In this document: piece by piece, positions 41,301 through 49,246 of the stretch
Position numbering within the stretch: position 1 is the stretch's first letter
Layout: the number at the start of each line of letters is the position of its first letter
IMG/VR virus record: IMGVR_UViG_3300033994_001671
Coordinates: 1 to 64,000 of that record
Strand: one strand, 5' to 3'
Origin: an uncultured virus (IMG/VR IMGVR_UViG_3300033994_001671)
Taxonomy: Duplodnaviria > Heunggongvirae > Uroviricota > Caudoviricetes
Length of the DNA stretch: 64,000 nucleotides
Position numbers and translations under genes: made by a program
Notes under the pieces: model-generated
The model's database searches: none
Told to the model about the DNA's origin: nothing
The model's input: only the letters and a program-made list of their open reading frames with translations

Positions 41301-44300
41301 TGTTGGAACTAGTGGAACGTCTGGTTCAGTAGGAACTAGCGGAACATCTGGAACAAGTGGTTCATCAGGTTCTAGCGGTAGCGCTGGAAGCTCAGGAACG
41401 TCAGGTTCTAGCGGTAGCACAGGTTCAAGTGGTTCTACTGGCACGTCAGGTTCTTCAGGAACAAGTGGTTCTGTAGGTACAAGCGGAACATCTGGTTCCT
41501 CAGGAAGTGTAGGTACTTCAGGTACTAGTGGAAGCTCAGGAAGTGTAGGAACATCTGGTTCAAGTGGTACTACTGGTACCTCAGGAACATCAGGTAGTTC
41601 AGGTTCTAGCGGAAGTTCAGGTTCAAGTGGAACTAGTGGTAGTTCAGGAAGTTCTGGTTCATCGGGTAGTAGCGGTAGTTCTGGTAGTGTAGGAACATCT
41701 GGTTCTTCAGGAAGTTCTGGTTCAAGTGGTTCATCCGGAAGTTCAGGTTCTACAGGTTCAAGAGGAACATCGGGTACTTCAGGAACTAGCGGTTCAAGTG
41801 GAAGTACAGGAACTAGTGGTACATCAGGTTCAACGGGGACTTCAGGAACAAGTGGTTCAACTGGAACATCAGGTACAAGTGGAAGTACAGGGTCTTCAGG
41901 AAGCTCTGGTACGTCGGGTAGTGTAGGTACTAGCGGTAGTTCAGGCTCTAGCGGAAGTACAGGAACTAGTGGAACCTCTGGTTCAACAGGGACTAGCGGT
42001 TCATCAGGTAGTTCAGGTTCAAGTGGAAGTTCAGGTAGTAGTGGTAGCGTTGGAACTTCTGGTACATCAGGTTCAAGTGGTTCTTCAGGAAGTGCAGGTT
42101 CTAGTGGAAGTACTGGAACCTCAGGAACATCAGGTAGTTCTGGTTCTTCAGGTAGTTCAGGTTCAAGTGGTAGTGTTGGAACATCAGGTTCATCGGGTAG
42201 TGTAGGTACTAGCGGTTCTTCTGGTTCAAGTGGAAGTTCAGGTTCTAGCGGAAGTACAGGGTCAAGCGGAACTAGTGGTAATTCAGGTTCGTCTGGTTCA
42301 AGTGGAAGTTCAGGTTCATCTGGAAGTGTAGGAACAAGTGGAACCTCAGGTTCAGTAGGTACAAGTGGTACATCAGGAAGTTCAGGCTCAAGTGGTAGTA
42401 CGGGTTCATCTGGTACTAGCGGCTCTTCGGGAAGTACTGGGTCATCTGGAAGTTCAGGTTCAACAGGAACTAGCGGTTCTTCAGGAACATCAGGTAGTAG
42501 CGGTTCTAGTGGTAGTGCTGGAACAAGTGGTAGTTCTGGTTCTGTTGGTACATCTGGGTCAAGCGGAAGTAGTGGTTCATCGGGAAGTGTAGGCACATCC
42601 GGTTCTTCAGGCTCTAGCGGTAGTGCTGGAAGTTCAGGAAGTGTTGGTACATCAGGGACTAGTGGTAGTTCAGGTTCTTCTGGTTCAAGTGGTAGTGTTG
42701 GTACATCAGGTACTAGCGGTTCATCAGGTACTAGCGGTTCATCAGGGTCAAGCGGAACTAGCGGTAGTTCAGGTTCTAGCGGTTCTTCAGGAAGTTCTGG
42801 GTCATCTGGCTCTTCAGGTAGTACAGGTTCAAGAGGAACTAGCGGTACTTCAGGAACTAGTGGTAGTGTAGGTACATCCGGTTCTTCAGGTAGTTCGGGA
42901 ACATCAGGAAGTAGTGGAAGTTCAGGTTCTGCAGGTACAAGTGGAAGTGTAGGAACATCTGGAACTTCTGGTTCAAGTGGGTCATCAGGTTCAAGTGGTA
43001 GTGTTGGAACTAGCGGGTCATCAGGAACAAGTGGTTCGTCAGGTTCTAGCGGTAGTGCTGGAAGCTCAGGAAGTACTGGTTCATCAGGTTCTGCGGGAAG
43101 TGCTGGTACATCAGGGGTTAATGGTTCTTCAGGAACATCAGGTTCTGCTGGCTCAAGTGGAAGTTCAGGTTCTTCAGGTAGTTCGGGTTCAGTAGGTACA
43201 AGCGGAACTTCAGGTTCATCAGGTAGTGCTGGCTCGTCAGGGTCTAGCGGTTCTGTTGGTACTTCAGGTAGTAGTGGAACATCTGGAAGCTCTGGCTCAA
43301 GTGGTAGTGCGGGTTCATCAGGGAGTAGTGGAACTTCAGGTTCATCAGGAAGTTCAGGTTCAAGTGGTAGTACGGGGTCTTCAGGAAGTTCTGGTTCAAC
43401 AGGTTCTAGAGGAACTAGCGGAACATCAGGTTCATCTGGAAGTGTTGGTACTTCAGGAACGTCAGGTTCAGTAGGTTCGTCTGGTTCTTCAGGAACTTCA
43501 GGTTCAGTAGGTACTAGTGGAACATCTGGAAGCTCTGGCTCAAGTGGTAGTGCGGGGTCATCAGGGAGTACTGGTACAAGTGGAAGTTCGGGTTCAACTG
43601 GTACTTCAGGTTCAAGTGGAAGTAGTGGCTCATCAGGTTCTTCAGGGAGTACTGGTACAAGTGGAACATCAGGTTCTAGTGGAAGTAGTGGTAGTTCAGG
43701 GTCATCTGGTTCTGCAGGTACATCAGGAAGTAGTGGAAGTTCAGGGTCTAGCGGTAGTTCTGGTTCATCAGGTACATCGGGAACTAGCGGAAGTTCAGGA
43801 ACTTCAGGTAGTAGTGGGTCATCAGGTTCAACGGGTAGTTCAGGAAGTAGTGGAACAAGTGGTTCATCTGGTACTTCAGGTTCATCTGGCTCAAGTGGTA
43901 GTACGGGTTCTTCAGGAAGCTCAGGCTCAAGCGGAAGTTCTGGTTCAACAGGTTCTAGAGGAACAAGTGGAACTTCTGGTTCGTCAGGAACTAGCGGAAC
44001 GTCAGGAACATCAGGCTCAAGCGGAAGTGTTGGAACATCTGGTTCGTCAGGAAGTACAGGAACATCAGGTAGTGCTGGTTCTTCTGGCTCAAGTGGTAGT
44101 TCAGGTTCAAGTGGAAGTACTGGAACATCAGGTTCATCAGGTTCTAGCGGTAGTACTGGAAGCTCAGGAACGTCAGGTTCTGTAGGTACAAGCGGGACAT
44201 CAGGAACTTCGGGAAGTACTGGTTCTAGTGGTAGTTCAGGAAGTTCTGGTTCATCGGGTAGTACAGGTACTTCAGGAAGCTCAGGTTCAAGTGGAACTAG

Positions 44301-45615
44301 TGGTTCTTCAGGGTCTAGCGGTTCATCGGGTTCTAGTGGAAGTTCAGGGTCATCTGGTAGTACAGGTTCAAGAGGAACTAGCGGTACTTCAGGAACTAGT
44401 GGTAGCTCAGGAACATCTGGTTCTTCGGGTACATCAGGGTCAGGTGGTTCTTCAGGAAGTAGTGGTAGTTCTGGAACTTCAGGTTCTTCAGGAACAAGCG
44501 GAAGCTCAGGAACATCAGGTTCAAGTGGAAGCACGGGTAGTTCAGGCTCGTCAGGTAATACTGGAAGTTCTGGTACATCGGGTTCTTCGGGTACAAGTGG
44601 TTCTTCTGGGTCATCAGGCTCAAGTGGGAATACTGGTTCTTCGGGAACTTCTGGTTCATCAGGAACTAGCGGTTCTTCAGGAAGTTCAGGTTCAAGTGGT
44701 AATACAGGTTCTTCGGGTACTAGCGGTTCATCAGGTTCTTCTGGCTCATCAGGTTCAAGTGGAAGCTCAGGTTCTTCAGGTATTACAGGAAGTAGTGGAA
44801 CTAGCGGTTCTTCAGGAAGTGCTGGTTCATCAGGTAGCTCAGGTTCAGGTTCATCAGGAACAAGCGGATTAGATGGTATTAGTGGAACATCTGGTTCATC
44901 AGGTACATCTGGCTCAAGTGGTAGCTCTGGTTCAACAGGTTCGTCAGGTAGTAGTGGTATAACTGGGTCTTCAGGTACGAGTGGTAGTTCGGGAACATCA
45001 GGTTCATCGGGAACAAGTGGTTCTAGTGGAAGTTCGGGTTCTTCAGGTAGTTCGGGGTCTAGCGGAAGTACGGGTTCAAGAGGAACAAGTGGTTCATCAG
45101 GCACATCAGGTAGTCAAGGTAATAAAGGTGGTCTTCAATACCAATACGGTGGTGGGACAGGAGGTGCACCTGCTTCAGGTCAATTTACTTATCAAGGAGC
45201 GGGTGTAGCGGTGTATGATTTGAAATTTGACGTAGTAACTGCTGACTCAGCAGATTTAAGTGATTATTTTTTAAACTTAGTTGGAACACAAGGGATTGTA
45301 TATTTAATTTTTAATTTAAATGGTTCAAATAAAATTGATATTTACTACTTCAACAATGTAAGTGTAAGTGGTAGTGATTATTTGTTTACAGGTGCATTAT
45401 ATACAAATGGTGGTGATACAACACTTACAGTAAATGACGTATGTGCAGTTACTATTATTGTTAACGGTACATCTGGAACATCAGGTTCATCAGGTACTTC
45501 AGGTTCATCGGGTATTACTGGTTCATCAGGTACCTCAGGAGCTGCAGGAGCTGCGGGTGGAACATTCACATTAGGACTTGTTTATACAACAGCAAACAAT
45601 TTTAACTTTATATAA
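38326..45615 (+). CDS. Giant collagen-like Gly-X-Y (GSS/GTS) fibre protein, 2429 aa
   Basis: ~207-aa N-terminal domain, ~2060 aa of Gly-X-Y without Pro, short C-terminal domain. Confidence 0.85.
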   Translation: MAIPYQNPISASQITGPFSVARTSPYGTNFNVLNVGGWQEAAYLTNLGLTFSGQGQQQLSVNNIPININIGNGTFSPTYLTLNSDNFSSGRRRLGMIVWVNETETAYQYQIDNYNDLWDAAVSANSVTQLSYETIIKNNTPEGQAFINAWTGSTIEGVSGVTRENARWRVFAQGTELTGGTYFSGTSTLELYNSDGTIISVTGITASGSNGSSGTSGSAGTSGSSGSSGSSGSAGTSGTSGSSGSSGSSGSAGTSGTSGTSGSSGDSGSSGSAGTSGSSGSAGTSGINGVDGASGTSGTSGSSGLSGTGGSSGTSGTSGSSGSSGSSGSVGTSGTSGSSGSSGTSGTSGTSGSSGSSGSSGSSGSSGTSGSTGTSGSSGTSGTSGSSGSAGSSGLSGSVGTSGSSGSSGSSGSSGTSGSSGSSGSTGSSGSSGITGSSGTSGSSGTSGSSGSSGSSGSSGSSGSSGSTGSSGTSGTSGTSGTSGSSGSTGTSGSTGTSGSSGSSGSSGSSGLTGSSGTSGSSGTSGSSGSSGSSGSSGSTGSSGTSGSSGTSGSSGSSGSSGSSGSVGTSGTSGSSGSSGSSGSVGTSGTSGSSGSSGSSGNTGSSGTSGSSGTSGSSGSSGSSGSSGSSGSSGSSGSVGTSGTSGSSGSSGSSGVNGSSGTSGSSGTSGSSGSSGSSGSSGSSGTSGSSGSSGSSGSTGSSGSAGTSGSVGTSGSSGSSGSSGSTGSSGTSGSSGSSGTSGSSGSVGTSGSSGSSGSSGSSGSTGSSGTSGSSGTSGTSGSSGSSGSVGTSGSSGSVGTSGSSGSVGTSGTSGSSGSTGSSGSSGSSGSVGTSGSSGTSGSTGTSGTSGSSGSSGSSGSSGSSGTSGTSGSVGTSGSSGSSGSTGTSGSSGSSGSSGSSGTSGSSGSVGTSGTSGTSGSSGSSGSAGTSGSVGTSGTSGSSGSSGSSGSTGSSGTSGSSGSSGSAGTSGSSGSSGSTGSRGTSGTSGSSGSVGTSGTSGSVGTSGTSGTSGSSGSSGSAGSSGTSGSSGSTGSSGSTGTSGSSGTSGSVGTSGTSGSSGSVGTSGTSGSSGSVGTSGSSGTTGTSGTSGSSGSSGSSGSSGTSGSSGSSGSSGSSGSSGSVGTSGSSGSSGSSGSSGSSGSTGSRGTSGTSGTSGSSGSTGTSGTSGSTGTSGTSGSTGTSGTSGSTGSSGSSGTSGSVGTSGSSGSSGSTGTSGTSGSTGTSGSSGSSGSSGSSGSSGSVGTSGTSGSSGSSGSAGSSGSTGTSGTSGSSGSSGSSGSSGSVGTSGSSGSVGTSGSSGSSGSSGSSGSTGSSGTSGNSGSSGSSGSSGSSGSVGTSGTSGSVGTSGTSGSSGSSGSTGSSGTSGSSGSTGSSGSSGSTGTSGSSGTSGSSGSSGSAGTSGSSGSVGTSGSSGSSGSSGSVGTSGSSGSSGSAGSSGSVGTSGTSGSSGSSGSSGSVGTSGTSGSSGTSGSSGSSGTSGSSGSSGSSGSSGSSGSSGSTGSRGTSGTSGTSGSVGTSGSSGSSGTSGSSGSSGSAGTSGSVGTSGTSGSSGSSGSSGSVGTSGSSGTSGSSGSSGSAGSSGSTGSSGSAGSAGTSGVNGSSGTSGSAGSSGSSGSSGSSGSVGTSGTSGSSGSAGSSGSSGSVGTSGSSGTSGSSGSSGSAGSSGSSGTSGSSGSSGSSGSTGSSGSSGSTGSRGTSGTSGSSGSVGTSGTSGSVGSSGSSGTSGSVGTSGTSGSSGSSGSAGSSGSTGTSGSSGSTGTSGSSGSSGSSGSSGSTGTSGTSGSSGSSGSSGSSGSAGTSGSSGSSGSSGSSGSSGTSGTSGSSGTSGSSGSSGSTGSSGSSGTSGSSGTSGSSGSSGSTGSSGSSGSSGSSGSTGSRGTSGTSGSSGTSGTSGTSGSSGSVGTSGSSGSTGTSGSAGSSGSSGSSGSSGSTGTSGSSGSSGSTGSSGTSGSVGTSGTSGTSGSTGSSGSSGSSGSSGSTGTSGSSGSSGTSGSSGSSGSSGSSGSSGSSGSTGSRGTSGTSGTSGSSGTSGSSGTSGSGGSSGSSGSSGTSGSSGTSGSSGTSGSSGSTGSSGSSGNTGSSGTSGSSGTSGSSGSSGSSGNTGSSGTSGSSGTSGSSGSSGSSGNTGSSGTSGSSGSSGSSGSSGSSGSSGITGSSGTSGSSGSAGSSGSSGSGSSGTSGLDGISGTSGSSGTSGSSGSSGSTGSSGSSGITGSSGTSGSSGTSGSSGTSGSSGSSGSSGSSGSSGSTGSRGTSGSSGTSGSQGNKGGLQYQYGGGTGGAPASGQFTYQGAGVAVYDLKFDVVTADSADLSDYFLNLVGTQGIVYLIFNLNGSNKIDIYYFNNVSVSGSDYLFTGALYTNGGDTTLTVNDVCAVTIIVNGTSGTSGSSGTSGSSGITGSSGTSGAAGAAGGTFTLGLVYTTANNFNFI
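39556..39656 (+). repeat. 101-bp exact direct repeat, copy 1
   Basis: tctggttcatcaggtacatctggctcaag...ggtacgagtggtagttc, identical to 44890-44990 by manual comparison. Confidence 0.85.
44890..44990 (+). repeat. 101-bp exact direct repeat, copy 2
   Basis: Identical to 39556-39656; 5334 bp apart, same reading frame. Confidence 0.85.
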
Positions 45616-45651
45616 TATTTATAATAAACTAAATTAAATTATTATAATACT

Positions 45652-46071
45652 ATGCCAGCAAATACAGCACCAATTTTTACACTAAGACCTGAGATTATGT
45701 GGAATGTTAGCATTACGGCTGCGAATAATACGGGAGATTTAACCTCAGGTACAGTTTATCCTGTTTTTACCGCAGGTACCGAAGGGAGTTATGTACAAAA
45801 AATAAGATTTAGACATACAGGTGCAAATTCGGCGGCAACTGTTGGTCGTGTTTGGATTAATAATGGTTCAACAACTACTACCGCAGCTAATAACACTTTA
45901 TTTGATGAAATAACAATTGCGGCAAATGCAACATTTGTTACCAACGCAGCGTCAACCAACTATGAATTACCACTTATGTTTGCTTTACCTCCTAATTATA
46001 TAATTTATGTAACAATCGGTGCCGCAGCCGCTGGTGGTATTGACGCAACGGTTATAGGAGGGGACTACTAA
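45652..46071 (+). CDS. Small fibre-associated virion protein
   Basis: MPANTAPIF..., beta-rich 139 aa directly after the giant fibre gene. Confidence 0.6.
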   Translation: MPANTAPIFTLRPEIMWNVSITAANNTGDLTSGTVYPVFTAGTEGSYVQKIRFRHTGANSAATVGRVWINNGSTTTTAANNTLFDEITIAANATFVTNAASTNYELPLMFALPPNYIIYVTIGAAAAGGIDATVIGGDY

Positions 46072-46256
46072 TGTTAATATATCAATTAATACAATTTGAC
46101 TATGGTTCGCCAGTATCTATGGGATATATGGAAATAGATTGGATGGCAGGACAATGTTTAAGATTAACCGATTTAGACGGTAATACTTTAGATTTGACAA
46201 TAAATTTCGGATACCGAGTTGTTGATTCAAACCCTCCAAGACCATCATGGGCTTAA
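46071..46256 (+). CDS. Hypothetical protein (61 aa)
   Basis: Stop/start overlap (taatg); fills the gap in the operon. Confidence 0.6.
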   Translation: MLIYQLIQFDYGSPVSMGYMEIDWMAGQCLRLTDLDGNTLDLTINFGYRVVDSNPPRPSWA

Positions 46257-46262
46257 AAAAAT

Positions 46263-47165
46263 ATGATTGACTATTACAATTTAGCTGACAATCAATATCA
46301 CAATCAAGTCTATACTGGACCAATAGGTACCAGTGCCTCTTTAAGTACTTTTTATTGGGTTAAACCAAGAGGTATTACTATGGTACATATTACCGCTATT
46401 GGTGCCGGAGGTGGAGGAGCTTCGGGTAACCAATCTACGGGTACTGCGGCTTCAGGCGGTAGTGGTGGTGGTTCGGGGGCAATAACTCGATTAACAATAC
46501 CTGCTATTTTATTATCTGAAAGTTTAAAAGTAACTGTTGGTGCTGGAGGTACGGGTGGTACAGGAGGTTCAGGAGGCACGAATGGTGCGTCGACATATGT
46601 TGATATCGCAAGAGGGGATACGACTGCTATCCAAACTCGTGTAGTATTCGCGGCCGCGGGTTCCGGTGGAAACGTAGGTTTGGCTGGTGGAGCCTCTGCC
46701 GGTGGAGGTGCAGGAGCAATTGCAACTCAAGGAAACGCAATTTATCTAACAATGGGTACTTTTGTGTCTATCGCTGGACAAGCAGGTGCGGGAGGTGTCA
46801 ATGCTGCCGCTGGAGGTTCAATAACTGTTACGTCGTCAGGATTACCAATAACAGGTGGGGCTGCCGGTGGTGGAAAAAGTGCCGCTGACGGGAATTTTGC
46901 TGGTGGTAGTATAACTGGAAGTGGAACAATACCTACAATCTCAGGAGGTGCTGGTGGTGCGACAAATAATGGGGCAAGTGGTATTTTTATAAACTTACCT
47001 TTTTTCTCATTAGGAGGAGCTGGTGGTGGTTCTTTTGCTCTTGGAACTGCTGGTAATGGTGGAAAAGGTGGAATTGGTTGTGGAGGAGGAGGTGGGGGTT
47101 CAGGAACCACACGTGGTAGTGGTGGAGATGGAGGACCTGGGATGGTAATAATAACTTGTTGGTAA
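46263..47165 (+). CDS. Glycine-rich fibre/adhesin paralog 1
   Basis: WVKPRGITMVHITAIGAGGGG...GGPGMVIITCW. Confidence 0.8.
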   Translation: MIDYYNLADNQYHNQVYTGPIGTSASLSTFYWVKPRGITMVHITAIGAGGGGASGNQSTGTAASGGSGGGSGAITRLTIPAILLSESLKVTVGAGGTGGTGGSGGTNGASTYVDIARGDTTAIQTRVVFAAAGSGGNVGLAGGASAGGGAGAIATQGNAIYLTMGTFVSIAGQAGAGGVNAAAGGSITVTSSGLPITGGAAGGGKSAADGNFAGGSITGSGTIPTISGGAGGATNNGASGIFINLPFFSLGGAGGGSFALGTAGNGGKGGIGCGGGGGGSGTTRGSGGDGGPGMVIITCW

Positions 47166-47177
47166 TTTGTATGTAAT

Positions 47178-48050
47178 ATGAGTTTTGTATATGATTTAGC
47201 GGATACTAGTTATAAGACACAAGTGTTCTATCAGTCGGGAAGTTGGATAAAACCTCAAGGTATAACTATGATATCCATTACTGCTATTAGTGCTGGTGGT
47301 GGGGGAGCTGGTGGTGCTACTAACTCATCTGCAAATAATAGGTCAGGAGGTGGAGGTGGTGGAGGTGGATGTTTAACTAGATTAATTATTCCTGAAATTT
47401 TTATAACAGATTCTTTGATAATAAATGTAGGTACTGGAGGTGCTGGGGGAGTATCGAGTGGAGGAGCTGGAAGTAATGGAGGTCCTACATTTGTTGATAT
47501 GCCTGTTCCTGGTAATACTGATATATATACACGTATTATAACCACTTCAGGTGGTACTGGAGGTAATGGAGCAACTGCTGGTAATGGAGGCTCCACCGCT
47601 AACGTTGCAGACGCATTATACTCAACGATTGGAGTTTGGACAACAATTGCAGGCCTTGGTGGAGGTGCAGGGACAACAACTAATGGAACTTCACTTACAT
47701 GGGGTTCTCTTGGTATGTTATATGGGGGTGCTGGTGGAGGGGGTATGGCGGCAGGAGCTACCACACCAACAAATGGAGGAAATTTAACAGGTGCAGGTAT
47801 AGTCCCTACAAATACTGGAGGACAGTCAGGTGGTGCAGGTAGTGTAGGGGTATTTTCATTAACCCCATTCTATTCTATTGCAGGAAGTGGTGGTGGAGGA
47901 GGTGGTACTACACCTGCTTCAGGTGGAGCAGGTGGTGATGGAAACATTGGTACTGGTGGTGGAGGTGGTGGTGCTGGTACCACACCTACAGGTGTTGGAG
48001 GGACAGGAGGACGTGGAGGTGATGGTTTAGTAATAATACAGTGTTGGTAA
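47178..48050 (+). CDS. Glycine-rich fibre/adhesin paralog 2
   Basis: WIKPQGITMISITAISAGGGG...GGDGLVIIQCW. Confidence 0.8.
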   Translation: MSFVYDLADTSYKTQVFYQSGSWIKPQGITMISITAISAGGGGAGGATNSSANNRSGGGGGGGGCLTRLIIPEIFITDSLIINVGTGGAGGVSSGGAGSNGGPTFVDMPVPGNTDIYTRIITTSGGTGGNGATAGNGGSTANVADALYSTIGVWTTIAGLGGGAGTTTNGTSLTWGSLGMLYGGAGGGGMAAGATTPTNGGNLTGAGIVPTNTGGQSGGAGSVGVFSLTPFYSIAGSGGGGGGTTPASGGAGGDGNIGTGGGGGGAGTTPTGVGGTGGRGGDGLVIIQCW

Positions 48051-48060
48051 AAATTTAATT

Positions 48061-48969
48061 ATGGATTTTGCATATAATTTAACAAATAACGCTCACAAAA
48101 CGCAAATATATTATACTGCGGGTCAATATGCTTACACTTTACCTAAAGGTATAACTATGGTCTATATCTTATGTATGGGTGCAGGAGGTGGAGGAGGAGG
48201 TGGATTTACTCGAGCCGCTGGTTCAGCTGGTGGTGGAGGTGGAGGTGGAGGAACAGGTGCTCTTACTCGTGTAGTTATACCTAAAATTTTTCTATCAGAT
48301 AGTTTACTCATATTGGTTGGTACGGGAGGACCAGGTGGTGCTGGTGGTAATCCTGCAACTGCGGGTACTGCTGGTGGTCAATCAATTGTTAGTACTAACT
48401 TAGGTGGTACGGTGGCATTAAACAATTTATATATTGCTCAGGCTAATGGTGGTAGTGCCGGAAATCCTGGAACAGGTGCTGCGGGTGGTACAGGAGGTGC
48501 GGGAGGTACCGCGACAACTAATACAGGTATGGGTATGGTGTCATTAGGAACATTTACAAATAGAATTGGTATAACAGGTGGAGATGGTAACGCAACTGCT
48601 TCACCACTTGCTGGTGTATATGGAACAGGTTCTATACCATTTTCTGCTGGACGAGGTGGAGGTGGTATAAATGCGGCAAACCCTGGTACAAGTGCAAATG
48701 GTGGGTCAATATCGGGTAGAGGTTTTGTTGTTGATGTTGTTGGAGGAGCCGCGGCTGGTGGGGCAGGTGTTAATGGAATGTTTATGATGAAACCATTTGT
48801 TAGTCTTGGAGGTACAGGTGGTGCTAGTAACAATGCTGGTGTGGGAGGTGTTGGTGGTAAAGGGGGTCCTGGGTGCGGAGGTGGGGGAGGAGGTGCTGGA
48901 ACATCTCTATCTGCTGGTGGTGCTGGAGGTCCTGGTGGTGATGGTTTAGTAATTGTAACTTGTTGGTAA
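48061..48969 (+). CDS. Glycine-rich fibre/adhesin paralog 3
   Basis: YTLPKGITMVYILCMGAGGGG...GGDGLVIVTCW. Confidence 0.8.
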   Translation: MDFAYNLTNNAHKTQIYYTAGQYAYTLPKGITMVYILCMGAGGGGGGGFTRAAGSAGGGGGGGGTGALTRVVIPKIFLSDSLLILVGTGGPGGAGGNPATAGTAGGQSIVSTNLGGTVALNNLYIAQANGGSAGNPGTGAAGGTGGAGGTATTNTGMGMVSLGTFTNRIGITGGDGNATASPLAGVYGTGSIPFSAGRGGGGINAANPGTSANGGSISGRGFVVDVVGGAAAGGAGVNGMFMMKPFVSLGGTGGASNNAGVGGVGGKGGPGCGGGGGGAGTSLSAGGAGGPGGDGLVIVTCW

Positions 48970-48978
48970 TTATATAAT

Positions 48979-49200
48979 ATGACATACGTTGAAATTTCAA
49001 ATATTAATGGTGTACCACCCTTTCAAATTTACTTATGTGATTTTGCGGAAAACAATTGTTCTTTAGTTCAGACAGAGTATGACCCTGTTTATTGGCCCGT
49101 TATTGTTAATTTACCTGTATCCCTTACAGGTTCAACTACAGTGTTTTGTAAAGTAGTTGATGGTAATTCTTGTGAGACAACTCAAATACTTTCATGTTAA
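48979..49200 (+). CDS. 73-aa Cys-containing single-domain protein
   Basis: Paralogous to 56652..56873 and the N-terminus of 25870 (G.PPF.IY.C...C...KVVD.N.C). Confidence 0.7.
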   Translation: MTYVEISNINGVPPFQIYLCDFAENNCSLVQTEYDPVYWPVIVNLPVSLTGSTTVFCKVVDGNSCETTQILSC

Positions 49201-49246
49201 ATGAATTAACTGTGTATAAAAACAGATTTTTTGTTATTTATAAGTA

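Larger units (their letters stand above)
38947..45126 (+). repeat. Degenerate 9-bp coding tandem repeat (~685 Gly-[S/T]-[S/T/V/A] triplets)
   Basis: Continuous ggN-(tcN/agY/acN)-(tcN/agY...) periodicity; one visible register slip (GSG) near 44840. Confidence 0.95.

Noticed and set aside
39556..44990. Diversity-generating retroelement template/variable repeat pair
   Set aside because: Copies are identical, with no adenine-specific mismatches; both lie in the same ORF; no reverse transcriptase in the window
38868..45104. 2078-aa antisense ORF (P/E/L/V/D repeats), the many V/Q/L-rich alternative-frame ORFs, and 27489..28040
   Set aside because: Shadow of the Gly/Ser/Thr array: a stop in that antisense frame needs sense codons starting TA or CA (Tyr/His/Gln), which are essentially absent from the array
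38947..45126. CRISPR-like or non-coding repeat array
   Set aside because: Variation is synonymous and 3/9-periodic within an ORF; no constant repeat with unique spacers and no cas genes
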